Of a stretch of DNA of 64,000 nt, positions 1 to 15,676 are shown in pieces (position 1 is the first letter of the stretch; every line of letters begins with the position of its first letter). Below the pieces are notes generated by a model that worked only from the letters and a program-made list of their open reading frames with translations, did not search any database and was not told the origin of the DNA. The DNA is from Escherichia coli (GTDB lineage: Bacteria > Pseudomonadota > Gammaproteobacteria > Enterobacterales > Enterobacteriaceae). A program made the position numbers and the translations under genes. The stretch is taken from assembly GCF_003018115.1 (NCBI RefSeq), contig NZ_CP027457.1. One strand, 5' to 3'.

Positions 1-235
1 GGACCTCTTTTGAAGGGTATTCAATCCAGCTAAAGACAACCTCTTCATTCTCTTCCGCTTTCACCGCCATACGAAAATCGGTCACTTTGCCATCCGGTAC
101 ATCGCTGGCCCAGCATTCGACAATACGAAGCGCGCCAAACTCTTTAAACAATGGCGCAGCCTTAGCGGCCATTTCCCGATAGGCATCCTTTTTATCGGCA
201 GGAACGGCAACCACAAAACCATCAACATACTTCAT
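1..235 (-). CDS. ybaA: DUF1428-family protein YbaA, N-terminal part only (gene runs off the left edge)
   Basis: Reverse-strand ATG at 233-235 with GGAGG (complement of 244-248) 8 nt upstream. Translation starts [18 protein letters not shown], which I recognise as E. coli YbaA. Not in the ORF track because it is truncated by the window edge. Confidence 0.85.
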   Translation of the reverse strand, partial: MKYVDGFVVAVPADKKDAYREMAAKAAPLFKEFGALRIVECWASDVPDGKVTDFRMAVKAEENEEVVFSWIEYPSKEV

Positions 236-345
236 CAGACATACCTCCGAAGCGTACTGCGCAGCCAGACAATTCTTGCGACGTCAGTTGTGGTTAAAGT
301 TTAGCCATGTTGGGGTTTTTTGACGAAACGGTGGGAGGCAGAAAT

Positions 346-459
346 GGGTGGGGGCCCTGCCAGCTACATCCCGGCACACGCGTCATCTGCCTTGGCTGCT
401 TCCTTCCGGACCTGACCTGGTAAACAGAGTAGCGTTGCGGGAGAACCAACAGAGCCCCC
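346..459 (-). ncRNA. ffs: 4.5S RNA (SRP RNA)
   Basis: The reverse complement reads GGGGGCTCTGTTGGTTCTCCCGCAACGCTACTCTGTTTACCAGGTCAGGTCCGGAAGGAAGCAGCCAAGGCAGATGACGCGTGTGCCGGGATGTAGCTGGCAGGGCCCCCACCC. This is the 114-nt E. coli ffs sequence as I know it, in the expected position between ybaA and atl. Confidence 0.93.
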
Positions 460-535
460 ATTGAGAGCGTTGAGAACCAACGCGCAGGCGCATTATCACT
501 GCTGCCCCGGCTAATTGCAACCCATCGCGTGCCAG

Positions 536-925
536 ATGCTGGTTTCTTGCGCAATGCGACTTCACTCGGGCGTTTTTCCAGATTATGCTGAAAAATTACC
601 TCAGGAAGAAAAGATGGAAAAAGAAGATTCATTTCCCCAACGCGTCTGGCAAATCGTCGCCGCTATTCCCGAAGGCTATGTCACCACTTACGGTGATGTG
701 GCGAAACTGGCGGGATCGCCCCGCGCCGCGCGCCAGGTGGGCGGTGTGTTAAAGCGTCTCCCTGAAGGCAGCACCTTACCCTGGCACCGGGTGGTTAATC
801 GCCACGGCACAATTTCGCTAACCGGACCGGATTTACAGCGTCAGCGACAGGCATTACTGGCAGAAGGTGTGATGGTATCGGGAAGCGGGCAAATCGACTT
901 GCAGCGTTATCGCTGGAACTACTAA
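536..925 (+). CDS. atl: Alkyltransferase-like DNA-damage sensor protein Atl (YbaZ)
   Basis: ORF 515..925. It contains LPWHRVVN, with Trp in place of the Ogt/Ada active-site Cys (PCHRV), which is the hallmark of Atl proteins. The start is ambiguous (Met at 536, 554 or 614). 536 gives the 129 aa I recall for K-12. Confidence 0.85.
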   Translation: MLVSCAMRLHSGVFPDYAEKLPQEEKMEKEDSFPQRVWQIVAAIPEGYVTTYGDVAKLAGSPRAARQVGGVLKRLPEGSTLPWHRVVNRHGTISLTGPDLQRQRQALLAEGVMVSGSGQIDLQRYRWNY

Positions 926-949
926 CCCTCTCCGGGCGGAGAGGGTTAA
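923..949. terminator. Hairpin between convergent atl and ybaY (probable bidirectional terminator)
   Basis: TAACCCTCTCC-GGGC-GGAGAGGGTTA is a perfect 11-bp stem lying between the two stop codons. Confidence 0.6.
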
Positions 950-955
950 CGTCGC

Positions 956-1528
956 TTAATATTGCGTAGGAGCTGGAACTGCCGAAGACGGATTCACCTG
1001 AGTTGGTGAAGTCGAAGGTACGGTAGTCGTTGCACCACCGCTGGCCTGAACCGGCACGGCGGTTTGCTGCACCGGCACCAATGTCAGGTCGGCTTTAGTT
1101 CCGCCCTTGTTGATCACCGGCTGAACGGTATCGGTAATAAATACCAGTTTGTCATTCACGGTAATCGCCGCACTCAACAGAATACGCGCGTTCGGCTGAA
1201 CATCTGCCGGATTAAATGGCAGAACAAAGCTGAATGGTGACTGTTTACCTTCGGTACGCACCGCTTTCTGCGCCAGCACTTTTGACGGTGCATCGGCTAA
1301 CGACGCGTCAGAAAGTGTCACGGTCAGCACAGCATCAGGCGGCAGTGCGACTTTCTGCCGGATCCAGACGGTACCGGAGACATTCGGTTGCTGGATAGCA
1401 GGTTGTTGTGTTGCTGAAATAGACGTATTTGCAGCCGGGGCTGGCGTCTGAATATCCGCGCTTTTATCTGCGCAAGCCGCCAACGCAATCGCAACCGCTA
1501 AACCACTGGCCATGTGCACGAGTTTCAT
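956..1528 (-). CDS. ybaY: Lipoprotein YbaY
   Basis: ORF track 190 aa. The N-terminus MKLVHMASGLAVAIALAAC carries a lipobox (LAAC). Sequence and length match E. coli YbaY. Confidence 0.9.
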   Translation of the reverse strand: MKLVHMASGLAVAIALAACADKSADIQTPAPAANTSISATQQPAIQQPNVSGTVWIRQKVALPPDAVLTVTLSDASLADAPSKVLAQKAVRTEGKQSPFSFVLPFNPADVQPNARILLSAAITVNDKLVFITDTVQPVINKGGTKADLTLVPVQQTAVPVQASGGATTTVPSTSPTQVNPSSAVPAPTQY

Positions 1529-1745
1529 TCATTTCTCCTTATTATCAATGCACCAGCGGGCTAACTTTCCTCGCCGGAAGAGTGGTTAACAAAATAGTAA
1601 CGTCAACAAGTGTGGCACACATCACGCATTTCTGCCTGTAATAAGCCCGTAATTCAGACCATTGCACCCATCGGACCAGTAGCAAATTTGCGTTATACTC
1701 AACTCACTTTGGCTTGCTGCGGCAGCTTTGTTACTGGAGAGTTAT

Positions 1746-2606
1746 ATGAGTCAGGCGCTAAAAAATTTACTGACATTGTTAAATCTGGAAAAAATTGAGG
1801 AAGGACTCTTTCGCGGCCAGAGTGAAGATTTAGGTTTACGCCAGGTGTTTGGCGGCCAGGTCGTGGGTCAGGCCTTGTATGCTGCAAAAGACACCGTCCC
1901 TGAAGAGCGGCTGATACATTCGTTTCACAGCTACTTTCTTCGCCCTGGCGATAGTAAGAAGCCGATTATTTATGATGTCGAAACGCTGCGTGACGGTAAC
2001 AGCTTCAGCGCCCGCCGGGTTGCTGCTATTCAAAACGGCAAACCGATTTTTTATATGACGGCCTCTTTCCAGGCACCAGAAGCGGGTTTCGAACATCAAA
2101 AAACAATGCCGTCCGCGCCAGCGCCTGATGGCCTGCCTTCGGAAACGCAAATCGCCCAATCGCTGGCGCACCTGCTGCCGCCAGTGCTTAAAGATAAATT
2201 CATCTGCGATCGTCCGCTGGAAGTCCGTCCGGTGGAGTTTCATAACCCACTGAAAGGTCACGTCGCAGAACCACATCGTCAGGTGTGGATCCGCGCAAAT
2301 GGTAGCGTGCCGGATGACCTGCGCGTTCATCAGTATCTGCTCGGTTACGCTTCTGATCTTAACTTCCTGCCGGTAGCTCTACAGCCGCACGGCATCGGTT
2401 TTCTCGAACCGGGGATTCAGATTGCCACCATTGACCATTCCATGTGGTTCCATCGCCCGTTTAATTTGAATGAATGGCTGCTGTATAGCGTGGAGAGCAC
2501 CTCGGCGTCCAGCGCACGTGGCTTTGTGCGCGGTGAGTTTTATACCCAGGACGGCGTACTGGTTGCCTCGACCGTTCAGGAAGGGGTGATGCGTAATCAC
2601 AATTAA
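1746..2606 (+). CDS. tesB: Acyl-CoA thioesterase II
   Basis: ORF 1728..2606. The internal Met at 1746 gives [20 protein letters not shown] and 286 aa, as for E. coli TesB. Confidence 0.95.
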   Translation: MSQALKNLLTLLNLEKIEEGLFRGQSEDLGLRQVFGGQVVGQALYAAKDTVPEERLIHSFHSYFLRPGDSKKPIIYDVETLRDGNSFSARRVAAIQNGKPIFYMTASFQAPEAGFEHQKTMPSAPAPDGLPSETQIAQSLAHLLPPVLKDKFICDRPLEVRPVEFHNPLKGHVAEPHRQVWIRANGSVPDDLRVHQYLLGYASDLNFLPVALQPHGIGFLEPGIQIATIDHSMWFHRPFNLNEWLLYSVESTSASSARGFVRGEFYTQDGVLVASTVQEGVMRNHN

Positions 2607-2645
2607 AAAAATAGCCGGAGGTGAAAACCGTCCGGCTGTTTTTTG
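2604..2645. terminator. Bidirectional rho-independent terminator between tesB and amtB
   Basis: The stem AGCCGGA (2613-2619) / TCCGGCT (2631-2637) is flanked by an A-run (2604-2611) and a T-run (2638-2644). Confidence 0.8.
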
Positions 2646-2654
2646 CAGTGCTTG

Positions 2655-3941
2655 TTACGCGTTATAGGCATTCTCGCCGTGACTGTTGACATCCAGCCCT
2701 TCTCGCTCCTGCTCTTCCGGTACACGCAGACCAACCGTCAGATCCGCCAGTTTGTAGCCAATAAATGCCACCACACCGGACCAGACGATCGTAATGGCGA
2801 TGCTTTCCAGCTGTACCAGCAACTGATGGCCCATCGTCACACCTTCAGCGAAGCCCACGCCACCCAGCGAACTGGCGGCAAAAATCCCAGTCATGATACA
2901 GCCGACAATGCCACAAACGCCGTGCACACCGAAGACATCGCAGGGATCATCCACCCGCAGCAAGCGTTTGAGCATAGTAACGCCCCACAAGCCCGCCAGA
3001 CCAGCTACCACGCCGATAATCAACGCGCCGCCAACCCCAATGTAGCCACACGCTGGCGTCACGCCGACCAGACCGGCAATCGCGCCAGAACACGCTCCAA
3101 GCAGAGAAGGCTTACCACGCAGCGCCCATTCACCGAAGATCCAGCCAAGAATTGCCGCCGCCGTTGCGACCACAGTATTCACAAATGCCAGTGCCGCGAT
3201 TTCATTCGCCGTGCCCGCTGACCCGGCGTTAAAGCCAAACCAACCAATATAGAGAATGGCAGTACCGGTGAAGACCATTGGCAGGTTGTGCGGTTTAAAC
3301 GCCTCTTTGCCGAAGCCCACGCGTTTGCCTATCAGATACGCGCCCACCAGACCGGCGATTGCGGCGTTAATATGCACCACCGTGCCACCCGCGAAATCCA
3401 GCGCACCGTGAGAAGCCAGCAAACCACCGCCCCACACCATATGCGCAATCGGAATGTAAGAGAGCGTCAGCCATACCACCACGAAAATCAACACAGCTGA
3501 GAAGCGGATTCGTTCCGCCAGCGCCCCAACGATCAAGCCGACGGTAATGCAGGCAAACGAGCCCTGAAACGCCACGTGGATATACTGATAAATGCTGCCC
3601 ATCACCGCCGTCAGTTCGATGTTTTTTAGCATCAACCAGTTAATGTTGCCGAAGAAGTTGTTGCCCTCACCAAACGCCAGCGAGTAACCGTAAACCACCC
3701 AGAGAATACAGACCAGTGCAAACGTCACCGTCACCTGCGTCAGCATCGACAGCACGTTTTTGCCGCGAATCAACCCACCGTAAAACAGGGCAATCCCCGG
3801 AATAGTCATAAACAGCACCAGCGCAGTACAAATCATCATAAACGCATTGTCGGCTTTATCGGCCACCGCAGGTGCAGCCATTACCAGTCCCGGCAGCATC
3901 GCCAGTGAAGCAAGCCCAGTTTTTATCGTCGCTATCTTCAT
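2655..3941 (-). CDS. amtB: Ammonium channel AmtB
   Basis: ORF track 428 aa, recognised as E. coli AmtB (MKIATIKTGLASLAMLPGLVMA signal peptide, polytopic). It lies downstream of glnK. Confidence 0.95.
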   Translation of the reverse strand: MKIATIKTGLASLAMLPGLVMAAPAVADKADNAFMMICTALVLFMTIPGIALFYGGLIRGKNVLSMLTQVTVTFALVCILWVVYGYSLAFGEGNNFFGNINWLMLKNIELTAVMGSIYQYIHVAFQGSFACITVGLIVGALAERIRFSAVLIFVVVWLTLSYIPIAHMVWGGGLLASHGALDFAGGTVVHINAAIAGLVGAYLIGKRVGFGKEAFKPHNLPMVFTGTAILYIGWFGFNAGSAGTANEIAALAFVNTVVATAAAILGWIFGEWALRGKPSLLGACSGAIAGLVGVTPACGYIGVGGALIIGVVAGLAGLWGVTMLKRLLRVDDPCDVFGVHGVCGIVGCIMTGIFAASSLGGVGFAEGVTMGHQLLVQLESIAITIVWSGVVAFIGYKLADLTVGLRVPEEQEREGLDVNSHGENAYNA

Positions 3942-3970
3942 TTTTCGTTCCTGTTGCTGTGTGCCAGAGA

Positions 3971-4309
3971 TTACAGCGCCGCTTCGTCGGCTTCGCCGGT
4001 ACGAATACGAATGACGCGTTGCAATTCAGCGACGAAGATTTTGCCGTCGCCAATTTTTCCGGTGTAAGCCGCCTTACTGACGATATCGATCACTTCATCG
4101 AGTTGGTCATCAGCAATCGCCACATCAATTTTTACTTTTGGCAGGAAGTTGACGCTGTATTCCGCCCCCCGGTACAGCTCGGCATGCCCTTTCTGACGCC
4201 CGAAACCTTTCACTTCGGTGACGGTCAGGCCCTGAATACCAATGGAAGATAACGCTTCACGAACGTCTTCCAGCTTGAATGGTTTGATTATCACGGTCAC
4301 CAGCTTCAT
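3971..4309 (-). CDS. glnK: PII nitrogen regulatory protein GlnK
   Basis: ORF 3971..4447. The internal Met at 4309 gives MKLVTVIIKPFKLEDVREAL and 112 aa, matching GlnK. The longer reading frame would run over the promoter. Confidence 0.95.
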   Translation of the reverse strand: MKLVTVIIKPFKLEDVREALSSIGIQGLTVTEVKGFGRQKGHAELYRGAEYSVNFLPKVKIDVAIADDQLDEVIDIVSKAAYTGKIGDGKIFVAELQRVIRIRTGEADEAAL

Positions 4310-4361
4310 AGATCCCCTCCGGTCAGAATTCGGTAATGGTTCTGCTACACGAAGAAGGTAT

Positions 4362-4377
4362 TGCAAGCGGTGTGCCA
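4362..4377 (-). promoter_or_regulatory. Sigma-54 (-24/-12) promoter of glnK-amtB
   Basis: The reverse complement reads TGGCACACCGCTTGCA, a perfect TGGCAC-N5-TTGCA, about 55 nt upstream of the glnK ATG. Confidence 0.85.
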
Positions 4378-4429
4378 GAAATGAAAAACGAGAAAGAGAG
4401 CAGGAAGTTAAGAAGATTGAAAATGAAAA

Positions 4430-4446
4430 CGCACTATGACAGTGCA
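4430..4446 (-). promoter_or_regulatory. Candidate NtrC binding site upstream of glnKp
   Basis: CGCACTATGACAGTGCA resembles the NtrC consensus TGCACYA-N3-TGGTGCA. It sits about 60 nt upstream of the sigma-54 element. Confidence 0.4.
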
Positions 4447-4489
4447 CAGTGCGTTACATTTTTGCACCAACGATGAAATATTGCGCTAT

Positions 4490-8036
<3,547 letters not shown>

Positions 8037-8065
8037 GCGTTGTGTCCTGACCTGATTCTGGATAT

Positions 8066-8524
8066 TTATTCGATGGGTAAAGAAGTGGTGTATTTAATCT
8101 GTTCCATCGCGAAGCTGGAAGTGACGTCCGACAGCCCCGGCACGCTGTTTACCAGACGCTTATAAAACTCGTCGTAGCGTTTCATGTCGGCAACCTGGAC
8201 GCGCATCAGATAATCGTATTCACCGGCCATGCGCCAGAACCCCAGCACTTCTGGCATTTCGGTAACCACCGTGACAAAGCGGCAATACCATTCGCTGCTG
8301 TGATGTTGCGTTTTTATCAGCACAAAGGCGGTCAGGCCGAGGCCTATTTTTTCCGGATCCAGCAGGGCGACTTTGCCGATAAGGATACCGTCGTCCTCCA
8401 GCCGTTTCAGGCGCTTCCAGCAAGGGGTGGTTGTCAGATTAACGGCTTCAGCCAGTGCCTGCAAAGAGAGGGTGCAATCCTGCTGCAGTAAGGCCAGCAG
8501 CTTACGGTCAATTTTATCTAACAT
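8066..8524 (-). CDS. decR: Lrp/AsnC-family transcriptional regulator DecR (YbaO)
   Basis: ORF 8066..8752. The internal Met at 8524 ([16 protein letters not shown]) gives 152 aa with a typical AsnC HTH N-terminus. Confidence 0.9.
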
Positions 8525-8635
8525 AGCCCTTCCACAGAGAATTTTTTTCTCTTTTAATTCTATTTTAAAGGTGAAATCGCGACAATTTATTCTGTGCGGT
8601 TTAAACACCACGGCACAAAATGACAAATTCAACGC

Positions 8636-8660
8636 AAAAAAAACCGGGCAATTGCCCGGT
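8636..8660 (-). terminator. Rho-independent terminator of cof
   Basis: The reverse strand reads ACCGGGCAATTGCCCGG followed by TTTTTTTT, 17 nt past the cof stop. Confidence 0.8.
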
Positions 8661-8676
8661 GCTGGAAGGGATCTCG

Positions 8677-9495
8677 TTATTCGGGGGAATAAGGTAGATG
8701 TGGATAGTCCAGCCAGTGCGTCAAATAGTGAGAGACAGCCTGATTTCGACAATGTCCAATCACCGGTAAATGCGGGAGCTCCGCGCGTAGTTGCGGCATC
8801 GCATTGCCCATAATAAATCCGCTACCGACGCTGCCTAACATTTCGCGATCGTTCATCGCATCACCAAAGGCCATGCAATCGCGCAACGATAAACCTAAAT
8901 GTTGGGTCAGCACCGTCAATGCAGCGCCTTTATTGCAGCCCACCGGCAGCACTTCGAGGCAATCCGTGGCGGAAAAACACAAATGTGCACGCTCGCCTAA
9001 TGCTTCGTATAGCTGGATCTGCAAGCGTGTAAGATCGTCGTGATCGCCACAGAAGCAGATCTTGGTGACGCTGCCGAGTGGCATTTTTTTGACATCGATT
9101 ATCTGATAACGAAAACCGCTATAGACAAATGCCTGCAACAACGCAGGGATCTCTTTCCCGGTAAACCAACCGTCGTCATTGAAGATATGCATGCTGGCTC
9201 GGGTATCCCATTGCTGATACAGCACCAGCTCCGCGACATCCGCAGGTAAATCATCACGATGTAAAAGTTCACCTTCCAGAGAATGCACGCGCGTTCCGTT
9301 GCCGGTAATCAAATATGCATCCAGCGATAGCGCCCCGAGAATATGCTGCATCTCCAGCGCATGACGCCCCGTGGCAAAAGTGAGGGTAATGTCGCGTTCA
9401 CGCAGTCGCGCCAAAGTAGAGAGGGTTTTCTCACCTAAATGATGGTCAGGCATCAATAAAGTTCCATCCATATCAAATGCTGCCAGACGAGCCAT
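8677..9495 (-). CDS. cof: HAD-family HMP-PP phosphatase Cof
   Basis: ORF 8677..9507. The Met at 9495 ([17 protein letters not shown] motif I DxDGT) gives 272 aa. Confidence 0.92.
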
Positions 9496-9594
9496 TTCTT
9501 TCTCCACTCTGTGACACGGTTAATGGTGATTGAGTATCACCTGATATATACGGAAGTAATAGTGAATAGTTAAATAATATTGTTCCGGGTTTAT

Positions 9595-11295
9595 ATGCGA
9601 CTGCTCAACCGTCTTAACCAGTATCAACGTCTGTGGCAACCTTCAGCCGGAAAGCCGCAAACCGTCACCGTCAGCGAACTGGCCGAACGCTGTTTTTGCA
9701 GCGAACGCCATGTTCGTACGCTGTTGCGTCAGGCACAGGAGGCGGGATGGCTGGAGTGGCAGGCGCAGTCAGGACGCGGAAAGCGCGGACAACTACGCTT
9801 TCTGGTCACGCCAGAATCGCTACGCAATGCGATGATGGAACAGGCACTGGAAACCGGAAAGCAGCAAGATGTGCTGGAGCTGGCGCAACTGGCCCCAGGT
9901 GAGCTGCGCACTCTGTTACAGCCGTTTATGGGCGGACAATGGCAAAACGATACGCCCACGTTGCGTATTCCCTACTATCGCCCGCTCGAACCGCTACAAC
10001 CGGGCTTTTTGCCCGGCCGTGCCGAGCAGCATCTCGCCGGACAGATATTTTCCGGCCTGACCCGCTTCGATAATAATACCCAGCGCCCGATTGGCGATTT
10101 AGCGCATCACTGGGAAACCTCTGCTGACGGGTTACGCTGGGACTTTTATCTTCGTTCAACCCTACACTGGCATAACGGCGATGCAGTAAAAGCCTCACAC
10201 TTACACCAGCGATTATTGATGCTGTTACAACTGCCAGCACTGGATCAATTATTTATTAGCGTGAAGCGTATTGAGGTCACCCATCCGCAGTGTCTGACCT
10301 TCTTTTTACATCGCCCTGATTACTGGCTTGCGCACCGGCTGGCGAGCTATTGCAGCCATCTGGCGCATCCGCAATTCCCACTGATCGGCACGGGTCCTTT
10401 TCGCTTAACACAATTCACAGCGGAGCTGGTGCGCCTGGAAAGCCATGATTATTACCATTTACGTCATCCGCTGCTTAAAGCGGTTGAGTACTGGATAACT
10501 CCGCCGCTTTTCGAAAAAGATTTGGGAACCAGTTGTCGGCATCCCGTGCAAATCACCATCGGCAAACCGGAGGAGCTGCAACGGGTCAGCCAGGTCAGTA
10601 GTGGCATCAGTTTAGGTTTTTGCTATTTAACGTTGCGCAAAAGTCCCCAACTCTCCCTCTGGCAGGCGCGAAAAGTAATCTCCATTATTCATCAATCCGG
10701 TTTATTACAAACGTTAGAAGTCGGAGAAAACCTGATCACCGCCAGTCATGCATTACTGCCAGGCTGGACTATTCCGCATTGGCAAGTACCGGATGAAGTC
10801 AAACTACCGAAAACCTTGACGCTGGTTTATCACCTACCGATAGAACTTCATACCATGGCAGAACGCCTACAGGCGACACTGGCAGCGGAAGGCTGTGAAC
10901 TCACAATTATTTTTCATAACGCAAAAAACTGGGACGACACGACCCTACTGGCACACGCAGACCTCATGATGGGCGACAGATTAATTGGCGAAGCACCGGA
11001 ATATACTCTGGAGCAATGGCTACGTTGCGATCCACTGTGGCCACATGTTTTCGACGCTCCAGCATATGCCCATTTGCAATCGACACTGGACGCGGTGCAA
11101 GTAATGCCTGATGAGGAAAACCGATTTAATGCCCTGAAAGCGGTTTTTAGCCAGTTAATGGCAGACGCGACGCTGACGCCGCTATTCAACTATCACTATC
11201 GCATTAGTGCCCCTCCCGGCGTGAACGGTGTGCGACTGACACCGCGCGGCTGGTTTGAATTTACCGAAGCCTGGCTTCCCGCGCCGTCGCAATGA
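9595..11295 (+). CDS. ybaE: SgrR-like HTH plus solute-binding-domain protein YbaE
   Basis: ORF 9580..11295. The Met at 9595 (MRLLNRLNQYQRLW) gives 566 aa. Recognised as E. coli YbaE. Confidence 0.9.
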   Translation: MRLLNRLNQYQRLWQPSAGKPQTVTVSELAERCFCSERHVRTLLRQAQEAGWLEWQAQSGRGKRGQLRFLVTPESLRNAMMEQALETGKQQDVLELAQLAPGELRTLLQPFMGGQWQNDTPTLRIPYYRPLEPLQPGFLPGRAEQHLAGQIFSGLTRFDNNTQRPIGDLAHHWETSADGLRWDFYLRSTLHWHNGDAVKASHLHQRLLMLLQLPALDQLFISVKRIEVTHPQCLTFFLHRPDYWLAHRLASYCSHLAHPQFPLIGTGPFRLTQFTAELVRLESHDYYHLRHPLLKAVEYWITPPLFEKDLGTSCRHPVQITIGKPEELQRVSQVSSGISLGFCYLTLRKSPQLSLWQARKVISIIHQSGLLQTLEVGENLITASHALLPGWTIPHWQVPDEVKLPKTLTLVYHLPIELHTMAERLQATLAAEGCELTIIFHNAKNWDDTTLLAHADLMMGDRLIGEAPEYTLEQWLRCDPLWPHVFDAPAYAHLQSTLDAVQVMPDEENRFNALKAVFSQLMADATLTPLFNYHYRISAPPGVNGVRLTPRGWFEFTEAWLPAPSQ

Positions 11296-11359
11296 ATAGC
11301 TGGTCCGGGTTAATCGCAGGCGTTACCATAACGCTTTTATTGTTCAAGCAGGATTATCT

Positions 11360-12055
11360 ATGAAACGTGCTGTCGTTGTGTTCAGTGGAGGCCAGGATTC
11401 CACCACCTGTCTGGTGCAGGCATTACAACAATATGATGAAGTCCATTGCGTGACGTTCGATTACGGTCAGCGCCATCGCGCAGAAATCGACGTGGCACGC
11501 GAACTGGCGCTGAAACTGGGGGCACGCGCGCATAAGGTTCTTGATGTAACGCTGCTCAACGAGCTGGCGGTCAGCAGCCTGACGCGTGACAGCATTCCGG
11601 TGCCTGATTATGAACCTGAAGCCGATGGCATCCCGAATACGTTTGTCCCAGGGCGTAATATTTTGTTCCTGACGCTGGCGGCAATATATGCGTATCAGGT
11701 AAAAGCAGAAGCCGTAATTACCGGCGTCTGCGAAACGGATTTCTCCGGCTACCCGGATTGCCGCGATGAGTTTGTGAAAGCACTAAACCATGCCGTCAGT
11801 TTGGGCATGGCGAAAGATATTCGTTTTGAAACGCCGCTGATGTGGATTGATAAAGCGGAAACCTGGGCGCTGGCAGATTATTACGGCAAACTGGATTTAG
11901 TCCGTAACGAAACGTTGACCTGCTATAACGGCATTAAAGGCGACGGTTGCGGTCATTGTGCGGCATGTAATTTACGCGCCAACGGTTTGAATCATTATCT
12001 GGCCGATAAACCGACGGTGATGGCAGCGATGAAGCAGAAAACCGGGTTGAAGTAA
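11360..12055 (+). CDS. queC: 7-cyano-7-deazaguanine synthase
   Basis: ORF track 231 aa. It has the SGGQDS PP-loop near the N-terminus and a C-terminal Cys cluster (CGHCAAC). Recognised as QueC. Confidence 0.95.
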   Translation: MKRAVVVFSGGQDSTTCLVQALQQYDEVHCVTFDYGQRHRAEIDVARELALKLGARAHKVLDVTLLNELAVSSLTRDSIPVPDYEPEADGIPNTFVPGRNILFLTLAAIYAYQVKAEAVITGVCETDFSGYPDCRDEFVKALNHAVSLGMAKDIRFETPLMWIDKAETWALADYYGKLDLVRNETLTCYNGIKGDGCGHCAACNLRANGLNHYLADKPTVMAAMKQKTGLK

Positions 12056-12065
12056 TTATTCCGGG

Positions 12066-12098
12066 TGTCGCCGGATGCGGCTTGAGCATCCGGCACCA
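12066..12098. repeat. REP (palindromic unit) between queC and fadM
   Basis: GCCGGATGC-GGCTTGA-GCATCCGGC is the typical REP stem sequence. Confidence 0.75.
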
Positions 12099-12106
12099 CA
12101 AAACGT

Positions 12107-12505
12107 TTACTTAACCATCTGCTCCAGCTTTTCGCGCAATTCCCCTTCCAGAGCTAATGCTTTCTGCGTTTTAAGATCAATACAAACAAAGGTAATAAGC
12201 GCATCCGCTACTACCTGCCCTTCCGGCTCCAGTGTAATGACCTGGCTTAAGATGCCGCTTTTACCGTTTAATTGCTGTAACTGGCTCGTAATGGTTAACA
12301 AGTCGCTTAATACCGCCGGACGACGATAATTAATATTGATATTCACCACCACGAAAGCGATGTTATGGGCCGTCATCCAGTGAAAACTGTCGCTATTTTC
12401 CAACCCATCCCAGCGGGCTTCTTCGAGAAATTCAAGGTAGCGGGCGTTGTTTACGTGCTGGTAAACGTCGAGATGATATCCACGAACTTTGATTTGTGTT
12501 TGCAT
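12107..12505 (-). CDS. fadM: Long-chain acyl-CoA thioesterase III (hotdog fold)
   Basis: ORF track 132 aa (MQTQIKVRGYHLDVYQHVNN). Recognised as FadM/YbaW. Confidence 0.92.
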   Translation of the reverse strand: MQTQIKVRGYHLDVYQHVNNARYLEFLEEARWDGLENSDSFHWMTAHNIAFVVVNININYRRPAVLSDLLTITSQLQQLNGKSGILSQVITLEPEGQVVADALITFVCIDLKTQKALALEGELREKLEQMVK

Positions 12506-12558
12506 AGCGCAATAACCTTACGTTGTTTTTATAAAAACTGTTATAAGTACAGAGGTCA

Positions 12559-13025
<467 letters not shown>

Positions 13026-13026
13026 G

Positions 13027-15004
<1,978 letters not shown>

Positions 15005-15130
15005 GGTGTAACAACACTCCGCTGTAGATGACTGTGTACCTCACGCAACGTATCGATGCGCGCAAAGGCCTATTGTGACAAGAAACGGGGGCAATTGTCA
15101 GCCCACAAGACACAGAAAGTCACCGAATAC

Positions 15131-15160
15131 AAATAAAAAAGGCACATCAGTAGATGCGCC
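15131..15160 (-). terminator. Rho-independent terminator of hupB
   Basis: The reverse strand reads GGCGCATCTACTGATGTGCC followed by TTTTTTATTT. Confidence 0.7.
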
Positions 15161-15195
15161 CTTGAACTTCGTCACATCCCCACTGGGGACAACGC

Positions 15196-15468
15196 TTAGT
15201 TTACCGCGTCTTTCAGTGCTTTACCTGCACGGAAGCTCGGTACTTTAGCGGCAGCGATGGTGATCTCTTTACCGGTCTGCGGGTTGCGGCCAGTACGGGC
15301 AGCACGCTCTTTAACGGCAAAAGTACCAAAACCTACCAGTGCTACATCATCCCCTTCTTTCAGAGATTCAGTTACGGAAGCAATAATAGCATCTAACGCA
15401 CGGCCAGCCGCAGCTTTAGAGATATCAGCCCCTGCAGCAATCTTGTCGATCAATTGAGATTTATTCAC
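15196..15468 (-). CDS. hupB: Nucleoid protein HU-beta
   Basis: ORF track 90 aa ([28 protein letters not shown]). Matches HupB. Confidence 0.97.
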
Positions 15469-15607
15469 TCTTCTCTTCCTCTTTATAATTTATATCGCAC
15501 TTGAATCCTTCAAGGTACGAACGCGCAGCAGTTATATCAGGCCAGCCATCCCCTTACAACACCCCTTAATAAGGGCAAGCCCGATCCGCCATCTAACTTA
15601 GCGAGAC

Positions 15608-15644
15608 AAAAAAAGGCTGGCAAGCCCGAATTAGCCTGCCAGCC
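15608..15644 (-). terminator. Rho-independent terminator of lon
   Basis: The stem GGCTGGCA (15615-15622) / TGCCAGCC (15637-15644) is followed on the reverse strand by TTTTTTT. Confidence 0.75.
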
Positions 15645-15676
15645 CTGTTTTTATTAGTGCATTTTGCGCGAGGTCA

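Noticed and set aside
294-632. Reverse-strand ORFs of 112 aa (294..632) and 60 aa (383..565) overlapping ffs.
   Set aside because: The region encodes the 4.5S RNA, with an exact 114-nt match to the known sequence, plus the atl 5' region. These ORFs are read-through of a structured RNA gene.
8066-8752. N-terminally extended reading frames in the ORF track. Examples are 8066..8752 for decR, 3971..4447 for glnK, 22593..23330 for yajG, 30055..31617 for yajR, 43599..44165 for ribE, 4490..6385 for mdlB and 15677..18076 for lon.
   Set aside because: The extensions run through promoters, terminators or upstream genes and add non-conserved sequence. Internal Met (or GTG for secF) starts reproduce the protein lengths and N-termini I recognise for the E. 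coli proteins.
12075-12329. An 84-aa + strand ORF starting in the REP element and running antisense through fadM.
   Set aside because: It begins inside a REP palindrome, lies antisense to the recognised fadM, and has no SD. It is spurious.
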